Source: Octopus vulgaris (lineage: Eukaryota). From it: 64,000 nt of DNA. The notes below the pieces were generated by a model, which was given only the letters and a program-made list of their open reading frames with translations, was not told the DNA's origin and did no database searches. The DNA is taken from assembly GCA_951406725.2 (NCBI GenBank), contig OX597823.1, forward strand, positions 42,966,001 through 43,030,000, in the 5' to 3' direction. The position numbers and the translations under genes are program-made. Of the stretch, positions 1 through 14,042 are shown in pieces. The stretch's first letter is position 1; each line of letters begins with the position of its first letter.

Positions 1-435
1 ACGAAGTGTGAAAGGGCTGAAAGAAAGAAGGAAAGAATGAAAGAATACAAAGAATAATAGAGTCGTACAAAATTTATATATATATAGTTATGTATAAGAA
101 ACCAAAGTGTACGTACGTTGCTATGCATGTATGTATGTATATATGAGTGTGTTTATATACGCGCGAACGAGTAGTGTGTGAATGTGTATGTGTACGAATA
201 AGTTTTATCGTTTTAATTCATCTTTTAATTCTTTAAACTAAAAATCACACCATTTCTGTCAAGCAACTTAAAAGGAGAAAAAGAAGCAATACCATTTAAG
301 TTCATTTCTATAAGATATTATTAAATGACAGGATTTCAAAAAAACGTTTTGAAATTCCTTGCTTAACATAATTATATAATGTTTTCAAATATACTGATCG
401 ACGCTGTGAAATCTCCTGCTAATTACTATTATCAT

Positions 436-594
436 AAAGCAGCGAGTTGGCAGAATCGTTAGCACTCCACGCAAAATACTTAACATCATTCCTTCTGTCC
501 TTACGCCTTACGTTCTGAGTGAAAATCTGCCGAGGTCGACTTTGCTTTTCTTTCTTTCGGGATCGCACTGGAGTTGCTATAATCGACTATCCCC
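436..594 (+). mobile_element. Degenerate SINE copy (family A: tRNA-like head plus 'gaggtcgactttgcctttcatcc' central domain)
   Basis: Similar to copies at 774-1475, 3325-3970 and 61440-62020. Confidence 0.7.
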
Positions 595-694
595 TCTTCT
601 TCTTCTTCTTCTTCTTCTTCTTCTTCTTCTTCTTCTTCTTCTTCTTCTTCTTCTTCTTCTTCTTCTTCTTCTTCTTCTTCTTCTTCTTCTTCTC

Positions 695-754
<60 letters not shown>

Positions 755-773
755 GTTATTATTATTATTATTA
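595..773. repeat. Compound microsatellite (CTT)n-(ATT)n
   Basis: Seen directly. Confidence 0.98.
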
Positions 774-1474
774 AGGCGGCGAGCTGGTAGAAACGTTAAT
801 GCGCCGGGCGAAATGCTTAGCGGTATTTCGTCTGCCTTGTTTGTCTCCTCTGTGTTTAGCCCCTTGTGGGTAGTAAAGAAATAGGTATTTCGTTTGCCGT
901 TACGTTCTGAGTTCAAATTCCGCCGAGGTCGACTTTGCCTTTCATCCTTTCGGGGTCGATAAATTAAGTACCAGTTACGCACTGGGGTCGATATAATCGA
1001 CTTAATACCTATGTCTGTCTGTCCTTGTTTGTCCCTTCTGTGTTTAGCCCCTTGTGGGTAATAAAGAAATAGGTATTTCGTCTGCCTTGTTTGTCTCCTC
1101 TGTGTTTAGCCCCTTGTGGGTAGTAAAGAAATAGGTATTTCGTTTGCCGTTACGTTCTGAGTTCAAATTCCGCCGAGGTCGACTTTGCCTTTCATCCTTT
1201 CGAGGTCGATAAATTAAGTACCAGGTACGCACTGGGGTCAATGTAATTGATTTAATCCATTTGTCTCTCCTTGTTTGTCCACTGTATGTTTAGCCCCTTG
1301 TGGGTTGTAAAGAAATAGGTATTTCGTCCGTCTGTACGTACTTAGGTCAAATTCCGCTGAGGTCAACTTTGCCTTTCGGGGTATATAAATTAAGAACCAG
1401 TGAAACACTGGATTCGATGTAATCGACAAAGCCACTCTCCACAAATCTGAGACCTTGTGCCTCCAGCAGAAAGG

Positions 1475-1475
<1 letters not shown>
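774..1475 (+). mobile_element. Tandem array of family A SINE units between (ATT)n tracts
   Basis: Head ggcggcgagctggtagaaacgtta, then three repeats of ttacgttctgagttcaaattccgccgaggtcgac... with tail agccccttgtggg. Central domain resembles Nin/Deu-type SINE domains (from memory). Confidence 0.85.
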
Positions 1476-1536
<61 letters not shown>

Positions 1537-3324
1537 TATCGAACGCATGCTCCTGAGAATTTAGTTCAGCAGAGCAGGACATGTTCGAACGCCAGATAAT
1601 AGCATTCCGAAAATTCTTCTGTATGGCCGACATGCAGATGGATTCCGCGATAAAGGAAGAACTCTGCTAAGATAAGGATAAGTGGAAACGGTCTCTAATA
1701 TCCCAACAGCTTAATGTAACGCTATAAAATGTGTCATAATGCATCTGAACAATTTGAGTTGAATGGAAAAATAATAGAAATCAAAATCATAAGTGTCCTC
1801 TTCGTGGCACCGTAGCAAAATCCATACCTAGATTCGAATTACATACATGCATACTTTGCAAATAGATGTAGCTTACTTTTTTTTCTAATCATTTCCTTCA
1901 AACTCTCGTGAGTCAAGGATGATCTTCATTCTCATTAAACCTTCATTTTCAACAGTATTTGACGATGTGAGCGTATGATTAAACATCAGAACAACAAATG
2001 TCTTATCGTAATTAGCCAACCGGAAGGCTGGAGGACTATCTGAAAAAAAAGTAGCTGACGAAGATATTTGCCGAACAAATGACGTGTGCAGAAAAATCAA
2101 CCATCCAGCATACTGATGGGCAAAAACAAGTGATCAAAGGACCTCATCAGAAGTCAACCAGCCAGAACGCTAGACTACTGCGAAACCAAATTTATGACCA
2201 GGAATTTCGAAAAATTAATGGCGTATTCAGGCAGTCGCGAAACCAGAACTCCGGGGCACAGGTGGACAAAATTTTGAGATGTCATTGAATTTATAACCAG
2301 TCAGGAATTTAACGAATATCTAAAAAAGTTCATGTACAAAGCAATGTCAACTTAAAGCAATAGATGTTCTTACCAACAAAACCAACGATGAAAAATTGTC
2401 CTTCATATACTACATCGGAAGGTATAAAGAAATTGGTTTTCCCATCTTTTTTTCCCTATTTTTTGAGACCTCATCGTAACTAATTATTAATATAACTTAT
2501 TGATCTGAAACACGGAGAATCTCATTCATGTATTATTCATCAAACATTCGAACGCTTATTTTTTATTACTGTGAAATTTATTGAATATTTGGATTTGTAG
2601 GAATATTTGATATTTTAAAGCATGTTTTATCGAATTTTCTCTTGTAACTTCAATTTCTTCTATCATTTTAATATAACATTGAAAAAAAATTGAAACCGGT
2701 ATGGTTAAAAAATAATTCATTTTAAGGTGCATTTCCAAACCCCAAACCAACACTACTATATCATTTCCTGCGTGGACATAGACCATTTTTTCTACACAGA
2801 CACACACACACGTACACACACGCACACATACATTCACACTTTGCATGCACACACAGACGCAGACAGACAGACACACACACACAAAGACATATATATATAT
2901 ATATATACGTCTGTGTGTGTATTGTATAGCTAGGTATATGACTTTTTTCACGGTGTAATATAGAAGCGTTTCATCTATCTAAATGTCATGTCAGTGTGCA
3001 CCTTATTTAGATACGAAATGCATATCAACATCGCCGTAGCTCTCACAATAGACAGCTCAACATATATATTCTTGAGAGAATTTCCAGTTTGTACTTTCTC
3101 AATCAATATGCTGTATGTTTTCTCAATCAGATAGTTGTGTTCTTGAGATTCTCTGTGCGTGTCAGTGCGCGTGTGTATGTGGGGAGGTATGTGTTTGTTT
3201 GCATGTACCTAAGAGATGATTCAGTAACGCTATGTACCACAAATATTTCATTTATTTCTATTCTTATGTATCCACACAGCAACAATAAACTTGTCTCCAA
3301 ACTTAAAGAAAATCTGGCAACATT

Positions 3325-3970
3325 ATTGATAGGCTGGTAACTGGAGAGAATTTTTAGAATGTCAGTCAGATTCTGTTGCGAGATTTATTTTGGTTCGTTA
3401 TGATCTAGGTTCAAATCCTACCGAGATCATCTTGCCCTTTCATACTTTTGATTTCAACAAAGTACCAGTCAAATAATCAAGTATCAACCAACCCCTCCCC
3501 TCAAAATTTCTAACCTTACCTTGTCCCTAAATCAGAAACAATAAAATACATGAATTGGCAGAATCGTTACAGCGTCAGATAAATTTGCGGTCTTTCTCAC
3601 GGCTCTTTACGTCCTAAGTTCAAATCGCGCGATAAACCTCTTTTACTTTCACCCTTCTATGGGTTGAAAAATTAAATTACCAGTCAAATAATTTGGATGA
3701 TGATATCAACTAAACCTTCTGCTCAAAATTATTGGGTTTGTACCTAAATAAGAAACACATAAGGAGTACACTGTCAGGCTCGTTAGTCGCCGGACGAAAT
3801 ACGTTGCGGTACTTCTTCCGTCATTTTACCTTCCAAGTTCACACCCCGTTGCGGTGAAATGTGCATTCATCCTTCCGACATCAATAAAATATATTTCCAG
3901 TTAAATAATGAGTATCGAGTAACACACTCTTCTCAAAATTGCTGGAATTGTGAATTAGAAACACTAATTT
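3325..3970 (+). mobile_element. Old tandem array of about 3 degenerate family A SINE units
   Basis: Recurring gttcaaatc...tttca...accagtcaaataat...ctcaaaatt at ~180-190 bp period. Confidence 0.7.
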
Positions 3971-4343
3971 TCTATTTGTTTATGAATAATGAAGAAACGG
4001 AAGGGTAGTGCAGTAACTCTGATTCTTTTCCGAATTTGGCAGACACATGAAAAAAAAAAAAAAAAAGAGAAGAACTATTTTCAGACCGGAAATCTGGCTT
4101 GAATATTTCTAACACAGTGAGTTGGCTGTAGAATCAAATCTTTCTCGTTTATGATCGGTGATTATGCGCGCTTCCGAATAATTTCTGTTTTCCAAATTCC
4201 AATCAATGGGCTTTGATCGAGCAAAGGCTTTTATTAGAAGATAATTGTAAGCGCTTAAAATATAACAATAATTTTTATATATGTATATATGCATATATAT
4301 ATACATGCATGCATGCATAAATATATTTGTATATATATGTATG

Positions 4344-4388
<45 letters not shown>

Positions 4389-6628
4389 GCATGTATAAAT
4401 GCACGTGTTATCCTTTTGTTCTACACTACCAATCATGTTGATGCTGTTGTAAATGGTTTTCTTCTGAGAGAGTTACAATTCATGACAAAGAAAGATAAAA
4501 ATGATATATCCTTTACAATGTTTGCTACTAGTTTATTTATTTGGAAATTTGCTTCTTATTTTCTAATTGCTGGCAATTTTTTTTTTAATTCTCTTCTGTT
4601 CGCTAATTTGTTCGTTTGTTCGACTTCTTCCATTTTATTTTATTTCATAATATTTTTTTGTACTGCTTGCTGTTTGTGTTTCTTACTTTACTTGACAAGA
4701 AATAATAAAGAGCAGTCGGCACAATAAACGAATCGATTTGTCATTATTATTATTTTCTTAAATTAATAATTACTCATACACATTTCTATTAGATACACAG
4801 GCTTTATATATATTTTTACCCATGTTATTTTTTCTGCCACATTCTTTAAAACGATTAGTTAAAACCAGATTTTTTTCTTTGTCTTTCTTTCTTTCAAAAT
4901 TGCTATTAGCTCGGACAAAAAATAATGGAGAACATTTGGGATGTAATTATAAACACAGAAGACTCGAAACACACACAAAAAATTAATAATCAAAGGAATG
5001 TAAGAACGTCAGAGTTCCACCTTTATTAGAAATTTGGTAAATTAATAACCAATTCTGTTTCTAATTTTTATTTAAGTTTTCAGTCTATTCATAGCTCATC
5101 TCAAGTTCTATTTTTCCATTCCTTTCTTCTTTCATTCTCATCTACTTTCTTTTGTATTTTTGTTATTTTATTATTATTATTATTATTATTGGCTGTTGTG
5201 TTTTTTTTTCATTTCTCGCAAATTTTACGTGTTTCTCTGAATTGAGATGTTCTCAATATTGGATTGTCAGTATGTCATTGGAAACTGTTTTAAATAGCAG
5301 TTCTAATAAAAGACATGATAATTGATGGAAGTGGAGTAGAATTTTCCAATCAATGCCTGGAAACTTCGTAAATATCGATTGTAATCTAATTTCTCGATGC
5401 GGAAGTAGTTGATCAATCAACGGCACAAATAACGCATCACTACCCCACCATATTCCACTCCTACCACTCCAAAACAAAATGGTCGCTTGGACTTAACAGT
5501 GCTTCACGTCCTCCGTAACGGTGTTAACTAAATTTGAATGAATTTATACTCACACACTCAAAAACACACATACATACACACACAAGCATGCACACACACA
5601 TATATGTAAATGAGTAGTATAAAATGTGGATTCAGGGAATTGCATGGCTATCACAGTACGCCTCTCTTACGGACTCGTGTAACAGTCTACATGATAATCC
5701 AACATATAATGTAGAGTACCCATGGAAAAGAAATGCAAAAGATCCGATCAATGAAGTTATTTCATGAAGAATACATAAAATATAAAAGTCAGGAAGTATG
5801 AGAGGTGAATATATATATTTATTTAACTACATGACTTCATTAAGGTTACAGCCGTTTCGCAATCTTCTTGCAATATTAATTTCAGTGTGGAAGTAATTAT
5901 GCTAACTAGTTTGCATTAACAATACAATTGTATATTCACAAATAAATGCACATAAAGGAAGCTAGCTCAAGGGATCACTAAAACATCATGATTTCAAGAA
6001 AGTTTCAAATCTAAATACACACACAAAATTCTCTCTTTAGATATACAATATATGTGAGCCCGACAGTGAGTAAAAATAAGAATATGTTGCTTTATATCAA
6101 GGTGCTTGAAAGAAATCTAAGCAATTGACTATTTTCAATGTAAACAAAACACAGGTAGAGATAAGAAGTAAATGTAGATAAAGTAAATTCAAAAATTTTT
6201 TTTAATACTTTCAAAAGTATGCAATCATATAAAAAAATATAATAATAATAATAATAATAAAAATAATAATAATATATGTACACGGGAATGTTCGCAGTTA
6301 CTTCGAAAGTTTAGCGTTCTCGCTCCCATCACCATTTAGGAGATAAGCAAGCCGAAATTTCGAAGTCCTTGAAGCCGTTTTCCATGTAAAATTTTAATGA
6401 TTATGTACAACACTTTAAAGTTTTGAGAAAGCCTTCTGTATAATAATACATTCTGTTTGTATATAACGTCATATATAATATATATATTAAAATTATAAAT
6501 TAGGGTATCTACGAGATTCCACCATGCTGAAAATAGCAGCCATGATCTGACTTTAAAACCACCTAAATTGTCCATATATGAACACAGAGAAAAACAAAGA
6601 GACGAGATGAAACTAGTAAAAAATTATT

Positions 6629-6668
<40 letters not shown>

Positions 6669-6726
6669 CGGAGATGTACTCGCATAGCAAGTAATTTGAT
6701 CTGAGATCGTGTGCTGAAACGAAAAC

Positions 6727-7007
6727 AATTGCAGCGTGGGAGGTGTTTATAAGCCATTTAAGAAACACACAAAAGCCGTTCGATTCACTCCAACATTTAA
6801 GTTTAATTTGTCAAAATATTTTCGTCGCTAAAATCCGCGACCTGTTCACTGACAAAGTCCGTGCTGAGATGCAGCACGGACTTTGTCAGTGAACAGGTCG
6901 CGGATTTTAGCGACGAAAATATTTTGACAAATTAAACTTAAATGTTGGAGTGAATCGAACGGCTTTTGTGTGTTTCTTAAATGGCTTATAAACACCTCCC
7001 ACGCTGC

Positions 7008-7011
<4 letters not shown>
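6727..7011. repeat. Perfect inverted repeat (140-bp arms, 5-nt spacer AGATG), probable Penelope-like inverted pseudo-LTR
   Basis: 6727-6866 is the reverse complement of 6872-7011. It lies in (TA)n and each arm carries a hammerhead-like motif. Confidence 0.9.
6882..6931 (+). ncRNA. Minimal type I hammerhead-like motif, variant core GUGAACA (mirror copy 6807-6856 on minus)
   Basis: tttgtca-GTGAACA-g-gtcgc(ggatttta)gcgac-GAAA-atat-TT-tgacaaa. Stems I and II pair and loop III is palindromic. Confidence 0.55.
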
Positions 7012-7075
<64 letters not shown>

Positions 7076-7079
<4 letters not shown>

Positions 7080-7360
7080 GGCGCAATGGCCCCGTTGTTA
7101 GGGCAGCGGACTCGCAGTTTCGATTCCCAGACCCGGCGTTGTGAGTATTTATTGAGCGAAAACACCTAAAGATCCACGAGGCTCCGGCAGGGGGTAATGG
7201 CGATCCTTGCTGTACTCTTTCACTACAACTTTCTCACACTCTTCTGTTGGCCTGCTGGCTTAGCTAGCGGGGTGGCGTCATTTGAAGGCTAAAACAATGC
7301 GAAGCGCATTGTTGCCAGCGATGTGTAACAACATCTGATAGACTGGTTGGTCACGGTGAT
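7076..7360 (+). mobile_element. tRNA-derived SINE (family B)
   Basis: A box-like tggccccgttgtt and B box-like gtttcgattcc. Near-identical copy at 57872-58188. Both end in (TA)n. Confidence 0.85.
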
Positions 7361-7516
7361 ATATATATATATATATAAATCCTTAAAATCCTTAAAAATG
7401 TTTTAGCCCGAAGGCTATATCAATATTCATATATATATATGTATATATATATATTTATATTTATATATATATATGTATATATATGTATATATTTATATTT
7501 ATATATATATATATGT

Positions 7517-7564
<48 letters not shown>

Positions 7565-8199
7565 TAGAAGAAATGAGGTACTCAGAAGATCGGATGGTTT
7601 ATATCTACAGATATTTATTTATATATTACATTTTTTATATATATATCATATCACTTAGATCATTAGCGCTTTCTCCCTATTCTAGTGGGGTTTTCAAATC
7701 AAACTAAGTTCCTGTGTGGGGAATTTTGATCATTTATATAAAATGATTTTTAAATGGTAAGGACAAATAAGGAGAGAAGTGTGTAACTGACGATAAATAA
7801 TTAAATGGTTGGTTTAATATACAGTGGTAGTGAGCGTGGATGAGCGGTAACATTTATGAAGGTTAGGAGGTAAAAAGCGCGCTGGAGTTTTAATTACATG
7901 TATTTTGAGAATAGGTTTGATTCTTCCATGCGGCAACATGTACATCATTGCGCAAAGTAACCTTCAATTTAATCAAGATATCCTTTGACCTGAAGAGTAT
8001 CCGACGGTATACACTTTGCTAAGGTTTTTTTTACCATACCGTAGCATTTGTATATATATATATATATATTTATATATATAATCGATTGTGCGGGTACATG
8101 TGTATGCGTATGTGTATAACTATATAATGCCAATCAGCCATGACCGTCACTTGCAAATGTGTATATGATGGAGCGTATCATATTTTGGTTAAATGTTTT

Positions 8200-11100
8200 T
8201 GTTGCCTATATAGATGTGAGAAAACATAGATACCTTCAAGACTAACCTACTCATTGAATTCTTTTGAAATTTCTAAAACATTAGCAAACTATTTTATAAC
8301 ATTTAGAAATTAAGAAACCTTGTAGATTAAAGAGTTTATGGCAATTTCCTTCATAGAAAATATAGAATCTCTTTAGATTAATGAGGATTTTAAAGACATT
8401 CTTCATTTGGAAAGGAACCGACTCTTTTTTGGAACCGAAAATTTGATTTGAAGTAAGGAAATGACGAGTATTTCGAAGTTTGATGTTCTGATTATGATAT
8501 CTTTGTGGCTTTATGTTTACTGGCTTTGAGTAGATGATCCATGCAGCAGAAAAACATCTCAAGTTTGATAGAATTTATGACAAGATGAGATGATATTTTT
8601 CAAAAGCATGTATTACAAAAGCAGAAGGATATTAGATAAGGGATGATCAAGTTCAGGTTCGCTATATACTTCCCGAGTCACATAACGGATTTATTTCAGA
8701 ATATGAGGCAACGTACTTTATTGGAAATGACATCTACATAATATATCCAAGTTATTGTGGATACAGACTTGGCCCACTTCGAGCAGATGACATTTCTTTA
8801 GAGATGTGACAAATCAAACTACGGCAGGTTTAAGGTACAAGAAGCTTTTCTTAGGTTCGCCGAACGCAGCTATACGTATAGGTAAGAGATTATTGAGTTA
8901 TTCATATACAACTGGAAAGAATACGACAGTTTTCTGGTGAACTGCAGGACGCAAATACATATCATAAGTACCAGTATGGAAAAATTTTACAAAGAGGCCC
9001 GGGAAAAATACTAGAGCTGTGTCCAATTCCATTCTTCTCCAGCTAAAGCTACCATATTCTCAAAGTGAGAGCATACCGGAAGACATTAAATATATCAAAA
9101 CAATTCGAAGGGTTTACATCTTGTTTTGTTCCAGCCCTAAACAATCAGATTTACTCTAAAATCACATAAGGTTCTTTTAGTTCAAAGGCATGTCATAAAC
9201 GAGATGGTCTGACGAACTTCAAAGTATTAAACCTTTAGCATCTCAACTTACTTATGTTAACATTACAAGATCATGATATGGCAAGAGTATATATTGAATC
9301 AAGCATTCCTAAAGAAATTGATTTAGATAATATTTGGAATTATGTTGGTGTAAAAGCCAGAAAAGCCCATTTCATTTACAGCTTAGGCTTATCGTTGCTT
9401 TCTGTAAAGATTGTTGTTATTTAGGCGTTCCGGTGAGAAAGGAATAAAGCGTTTATGAAAGTTTGCAGAGGTTTAACCTGAGATACACCGCCATGTTCAA
9501 TTAGGCTTTCATATTCATTCGCCAAAATCGGTCTCCTTTGTTCTTGTTTTATCATAACCACATTTTGCTATAAAGAAGCGAAACAATTACAACTTTAAAA
9601 TATACAATCTGTATTGAAAAGATTGAAGAATTAAGAGCCATGAAGCTAAGGAGCCAGTGTTAGATCTTAAGAAGAAAACTCTTCCATGGGTTTGGAAGGT
9701 AATCGAACGGTGGATGACAAAACAACAGCTGATATTTTACAAAATTTCTTCTCTAAGGTTTGTGTACACAGAGCCAGAGACTGAACTCTTTAACTGATTT
9801 CTTTACAATTTTAAAATCAATTTTTACTGTTCTCTTATCAATGTCTTCGCCCCCTTTTTGCACAGTTTCTGTATATCTACAATGTCTTTCCATTGTGATG
9901 AGCCAAAGTTTAATATTGCCAGCGTCGGTTTAGAATTTCAACCTTGTGCAATCAACATGCTTTCTAAAACAGGATCACTATTTATATTTTCCCTCTTAAA
10001 AAATAAAAGAATCTTGAGTAATCGAAAATTACGCTCTCCAATTCCTGCTGTTTCCTATTTGAGGAAGAAAATCTCATTAAGATAAAGATTGCTGCCAGAA
10101 GTTGGTTTCCATTTAGGCAGAAGTTATATTTCCAATAATAACTTTCGTAATTTTTCTCCACGAAAGAATGTATGAAACAAAGGGAAACTATGCATAAATT
10201 TTGAGCTCGTATTTTATTTTATAAAAGGAGCAAATATCGAAATGAATGACATTAATATTCTGACTCTAGATGATGCTTCAGAAAGAATATCAATAAGGAA
10301 GCGATACGTACCGTGGTAAAATATCTAGTAAACTTGTGAAAGCATTAAACGCTGAGAAAGAGACGAAACTAAATCCCGTAATACTTTTTGTGCCGAGGTT
10401 CTATGTTGCAAGCGCTTAAACCATTCCATTACCATCTTGAAGAGATTACAACGGACAGCTGCAGTGTTGGTTGACATCTGTGCTTCGTCACGGATTTTAT
10501 TCAGTCCATACATTATATTCATGATGAATGGCGTTCACAGCTATTACGGAAGCTGCCAACATTTCTCCGGAAACCGTTTAGCCTAACATAAATAGCACAT
10601 GTATTCGATTGTCGATTTCTAAGCAGAAATAGATGTAAGAGCAATAATGTAACTACATCGTTAAATAAGATTTTACTAATGCAATCGAATCAAGAATAAA
10701 AATGGATTATATGCAAAAGCAGAAAGGCTAGTCATCTCATTTGTCTTGGTGTAAACTGACACTGGATCGGATGAGACTGATTACTACACCATCACCAGAT
10801 CATCTGACAAGGAAAAGGCCAATAACATTAAACAATGGTGAGGGTGTAATGGAAGATACAAAGTAGACAAATGTTTTATCTCTGAATCAAGTACGTTATT
10901 TTTCTTTTTTACGTATTATTTCGAGAAAAAGGGAGCGTGACCAAACTTTTTTTAGTACTTCCCAGAAAACCCGGATGTAATGTGATTGATGTGTAGCTTA
11001 AACTTTTGTATGGAGATGACAGTTATGCAAAAGGCAGTAGAGAATTATTGCCAGATATTTGAAGTTGCTTGTGAAAAAGATTAGAATGCAGATTTCAGTT

Positions 11101-12350
11101 AGAGGTTCTATATAAAAGACAGAGTTAATCAGAAGCAGGAACGTATGAGAATCTAATGATACCTTACTCGAAGAAAGCACAAAAATTTATTCGCAGTTGT
11201 TAATATCTTGACGGTATACAAAATATACGTGGGTTGTGCGTTGGTGGTTAAGGATTCCCCAAATCAGTTAGGTAGTGTTTGGACATTTTCTTTAAAATCT
11301 TGTCCTTACGTGTGTAATTCAGTCTTCTAGAAGTGCAATCTCGGTCCCATACATATTAACAATCTTCCACTTTGCTTTATATAAAGACACCGGTCATTTA
11401 TATGAAGTAATGACTAGCTCGTAGAAGACAGTGCAGTCTTTGATTTATTGTATCGGCCGTAAGACGGATATTCCGTTATTATAAGAGATTATCACACGTA
11501 TTATGAAAGTGATCATTTGTAAAGACTCAGAATGATTATTTTGAAGCTTAAATTTGATCAGAATCAGTAAGTTTCAGGAGTCATCAAGAAAGAATGTGCA
11601 CCACTTTGGAGCCTTTACTGCACCCCTTCCCCCATCACTGATGTAAGGCCCGCACCTGCTAGTTCGATTTAATAGTATTCGACCTCAAGTCCATTTTAGG
11701 CTCCTCTCTTCTCCAAATAGGTTTCATCACACCTTTTAGTTATATCCGCCGCCTGGATCTCTTTCAAGATTTTATTTGCATGATGATGTTAAGCGCAGCC
11801 ACCGTCTCACTCTGGTTCCAGTACATTCACTTTCTATGGGAAGGTGTGCTGCACTCTAACCAGCGTCTATTCAGACTTCTTGTAGTATCTCATATTTGTC
11901 TTTCCTGACATGAATGTATCTACCCCGTTGCCATTGACTTGTACTTTTTTCTATCAACTCCAAATTAGGAAAGCAAATTAAAAACCTCGGCAGGTTTTTA
12001 ATCCAAATGGCCAGAACAAACGCTAAAATACATTCTTTCGCTTGCTCTACCAACTCTGTCAGTTTGCCGCCTTTTATATGTTAGTAATCATCGATATATT
12101 ATTGATATATTTATCTCCATTCCTAAATAACAGGTTTCTTGTCTAAAACGGTTCAACGTTTGATTTGCAGGTTTGTCCGGGTCATTAGCATGGCGGCTAT
12201 CATTAACTCCAAAATTAGCAATTTTATGGAGTTAATCATTCTTGAAGTTTGTAAAGAATAATTAGCGCGGGTGAAATTTGGCCAGGATCAGTTTCGTTGG
12301 AAAACACCGCTAAAGAATTATGAAACTAAAGTATTATTTAGATTCGTCTT
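8200..12350 (+). pseudogene. Putative endogenous narnavirus-like RNA virus element (decayed RdRp); boundaries approximate
   Basis: Repeat-free coding-like block with scattered stops. Collinear remnants: LQALKPFHYHL..SCSVG/LTSVLRHGF (10403-10500), motif A-like FTAITEAANISPE (10534-10572), motif B-like GEGVMEDTK*TNVLSL (10837-10885), motif C LYGDDSYA (11006-11029), RMQIS (~11085), YLDGI (~11205). Confidence 0.5.
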
Positions 12351-12921
12351 ACAAGGTGGAGAGCTGGCACAAAACCTAAGAAATATAGAAATAGTTCATA
12401 CACATGGTGTGGTGGTAATTTAGTGGCTAGTTATTGCAAAGGAAATATTCATTTCTAGCTTAATCTGCCTGGATTAGAAGTTCGAATCTTAAATCGAGGA
12501 AGAAGGTAGAAAACGCATATACTATACATATTTTATTTTCATATTCTTACTCATTACATTTCTTACTCATCTAGAAATCACTCGAAGACGACATCACTGT
12601 TATAATACAGAAAACTGTTTCTTGATCACAATAAGACGTACGTTAAAACGGTTCAGTCAATAGGTCATAAAATCATGACTGATCTGGCTCCACAGGCTGA
12701 CCCTTATATGCAACTATAGTCATTAATAAAACGATTCGCTAAAGAATTTCCGGCTGTACGTTTCTTTAGCTGCTGTAAACCTGAATTGGTTTATAAATGT
12801 AATATAACTTCATGAAGTGAACTCTTCATGGTGTCAAGCAATAATAACGCATCGGTTGAATGCTATGCAATATGGCTTGACCGATTTTCACTGAATTTTT
12901 ACATTCAGTTGCGCATGTATA

Positions 12922-12988
<67 letters not shown>

Positions 12989-12997
12989 GTATGTATG

Positions 12998-13052
<55 letters not shown>

Positions 13053-14007
13053 ACATACATACATACATACATACATACATACTCATACATGCATATGTAT
13101 GTGAGTGTGTATGTATGAGTGTGTGCACATGTGTGAAATGTGTGTGTATATGGAGTTTATGGAGTGTAGGATTTGATATTCCTATTTTTCAAAGCAAATA
13201 ATTGTATATATTACACTCACTCCCGCGGACATGCTCACACGCACATGCATACGCAAACTCACATGATCATATGATATTACACACAACCGCGCGCATGAAA
13301 TTCACACTTTCTCTCACATACATGTCTATATCTATAAATGTGTTTGTGTGTATGTATGTACGTTCGTGTGTGTGGATATGTATGTACGTGTGTGCATCTA
13401 TACATACACACACATGCATATAATACATACATGCATACATACATACATGCATACACACGTCTATACTTCAGTTTGTATGCATGTATGTATATATTTCCGT
13501 GAATAATTTGTGTAATTGAATTATTTTAACAAAGTTCTGAATATGAAATCCTGTATTTAAACAGATCTAGCTGTATTTCAGATCGTTCCGATCCATATTA
13601 CAACTGGTTTTAGTGCATCTCTCCATGCAGAAGTGTCTCGTCATGTGATTTTACATGGGGCATCTAGTTAAATAAACCCTGTTTGGATCGGTTTTAATAC
13701 ATCTTGTTATTGTCCGTACGTTTTATCCCTTGAAGACGAACGGCCATTTCTCCCCGAGGGCTACATGTATGTATGTATGTATGTATGTATGTGTGTATGT
13801 ATGTATGTATGTATGTATGCATGTATTTATGTATGTATGTATGTATGTATGTATGTACAAATGTATGTGCGTATGTTGTATTATGTATGCATGTATGCAT
13901 GCGTGTGTGCATAACGATGAAATAATATCGTGTACAGTGTGAGGAAAGATAGACCGATGGAGATGGAGAGAGGGAGAATAAGAATGTGGTGTGTGTATGT
14001 AAGAGGA

Positions 14008-14042
<35 letters not shown>

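Noticed and set aside
519-982. Poly-F/L/K/N ORFs, and the many YI/HT/CV-repeat ORFs across the window
   Set aside because: They are translations of microsatellites and SINEs with no domain content.
774-1475. Possible CRISPR-like repeat array
   Set aside because: Units are ~180-bp SINE bodies without unique spacers, in eukaryotic DNA with no cas genes.
1540-2400. Possible decayed DNA transposon
   Set aside because: No recognisable catalytic motif or TIR could be confirmed by eye.
7076-7150. tRNA gene candidates (also 57872 and 50300)
   Set aside because: SINE heads continuing into repeat bodies, with no complete cloverleaf.
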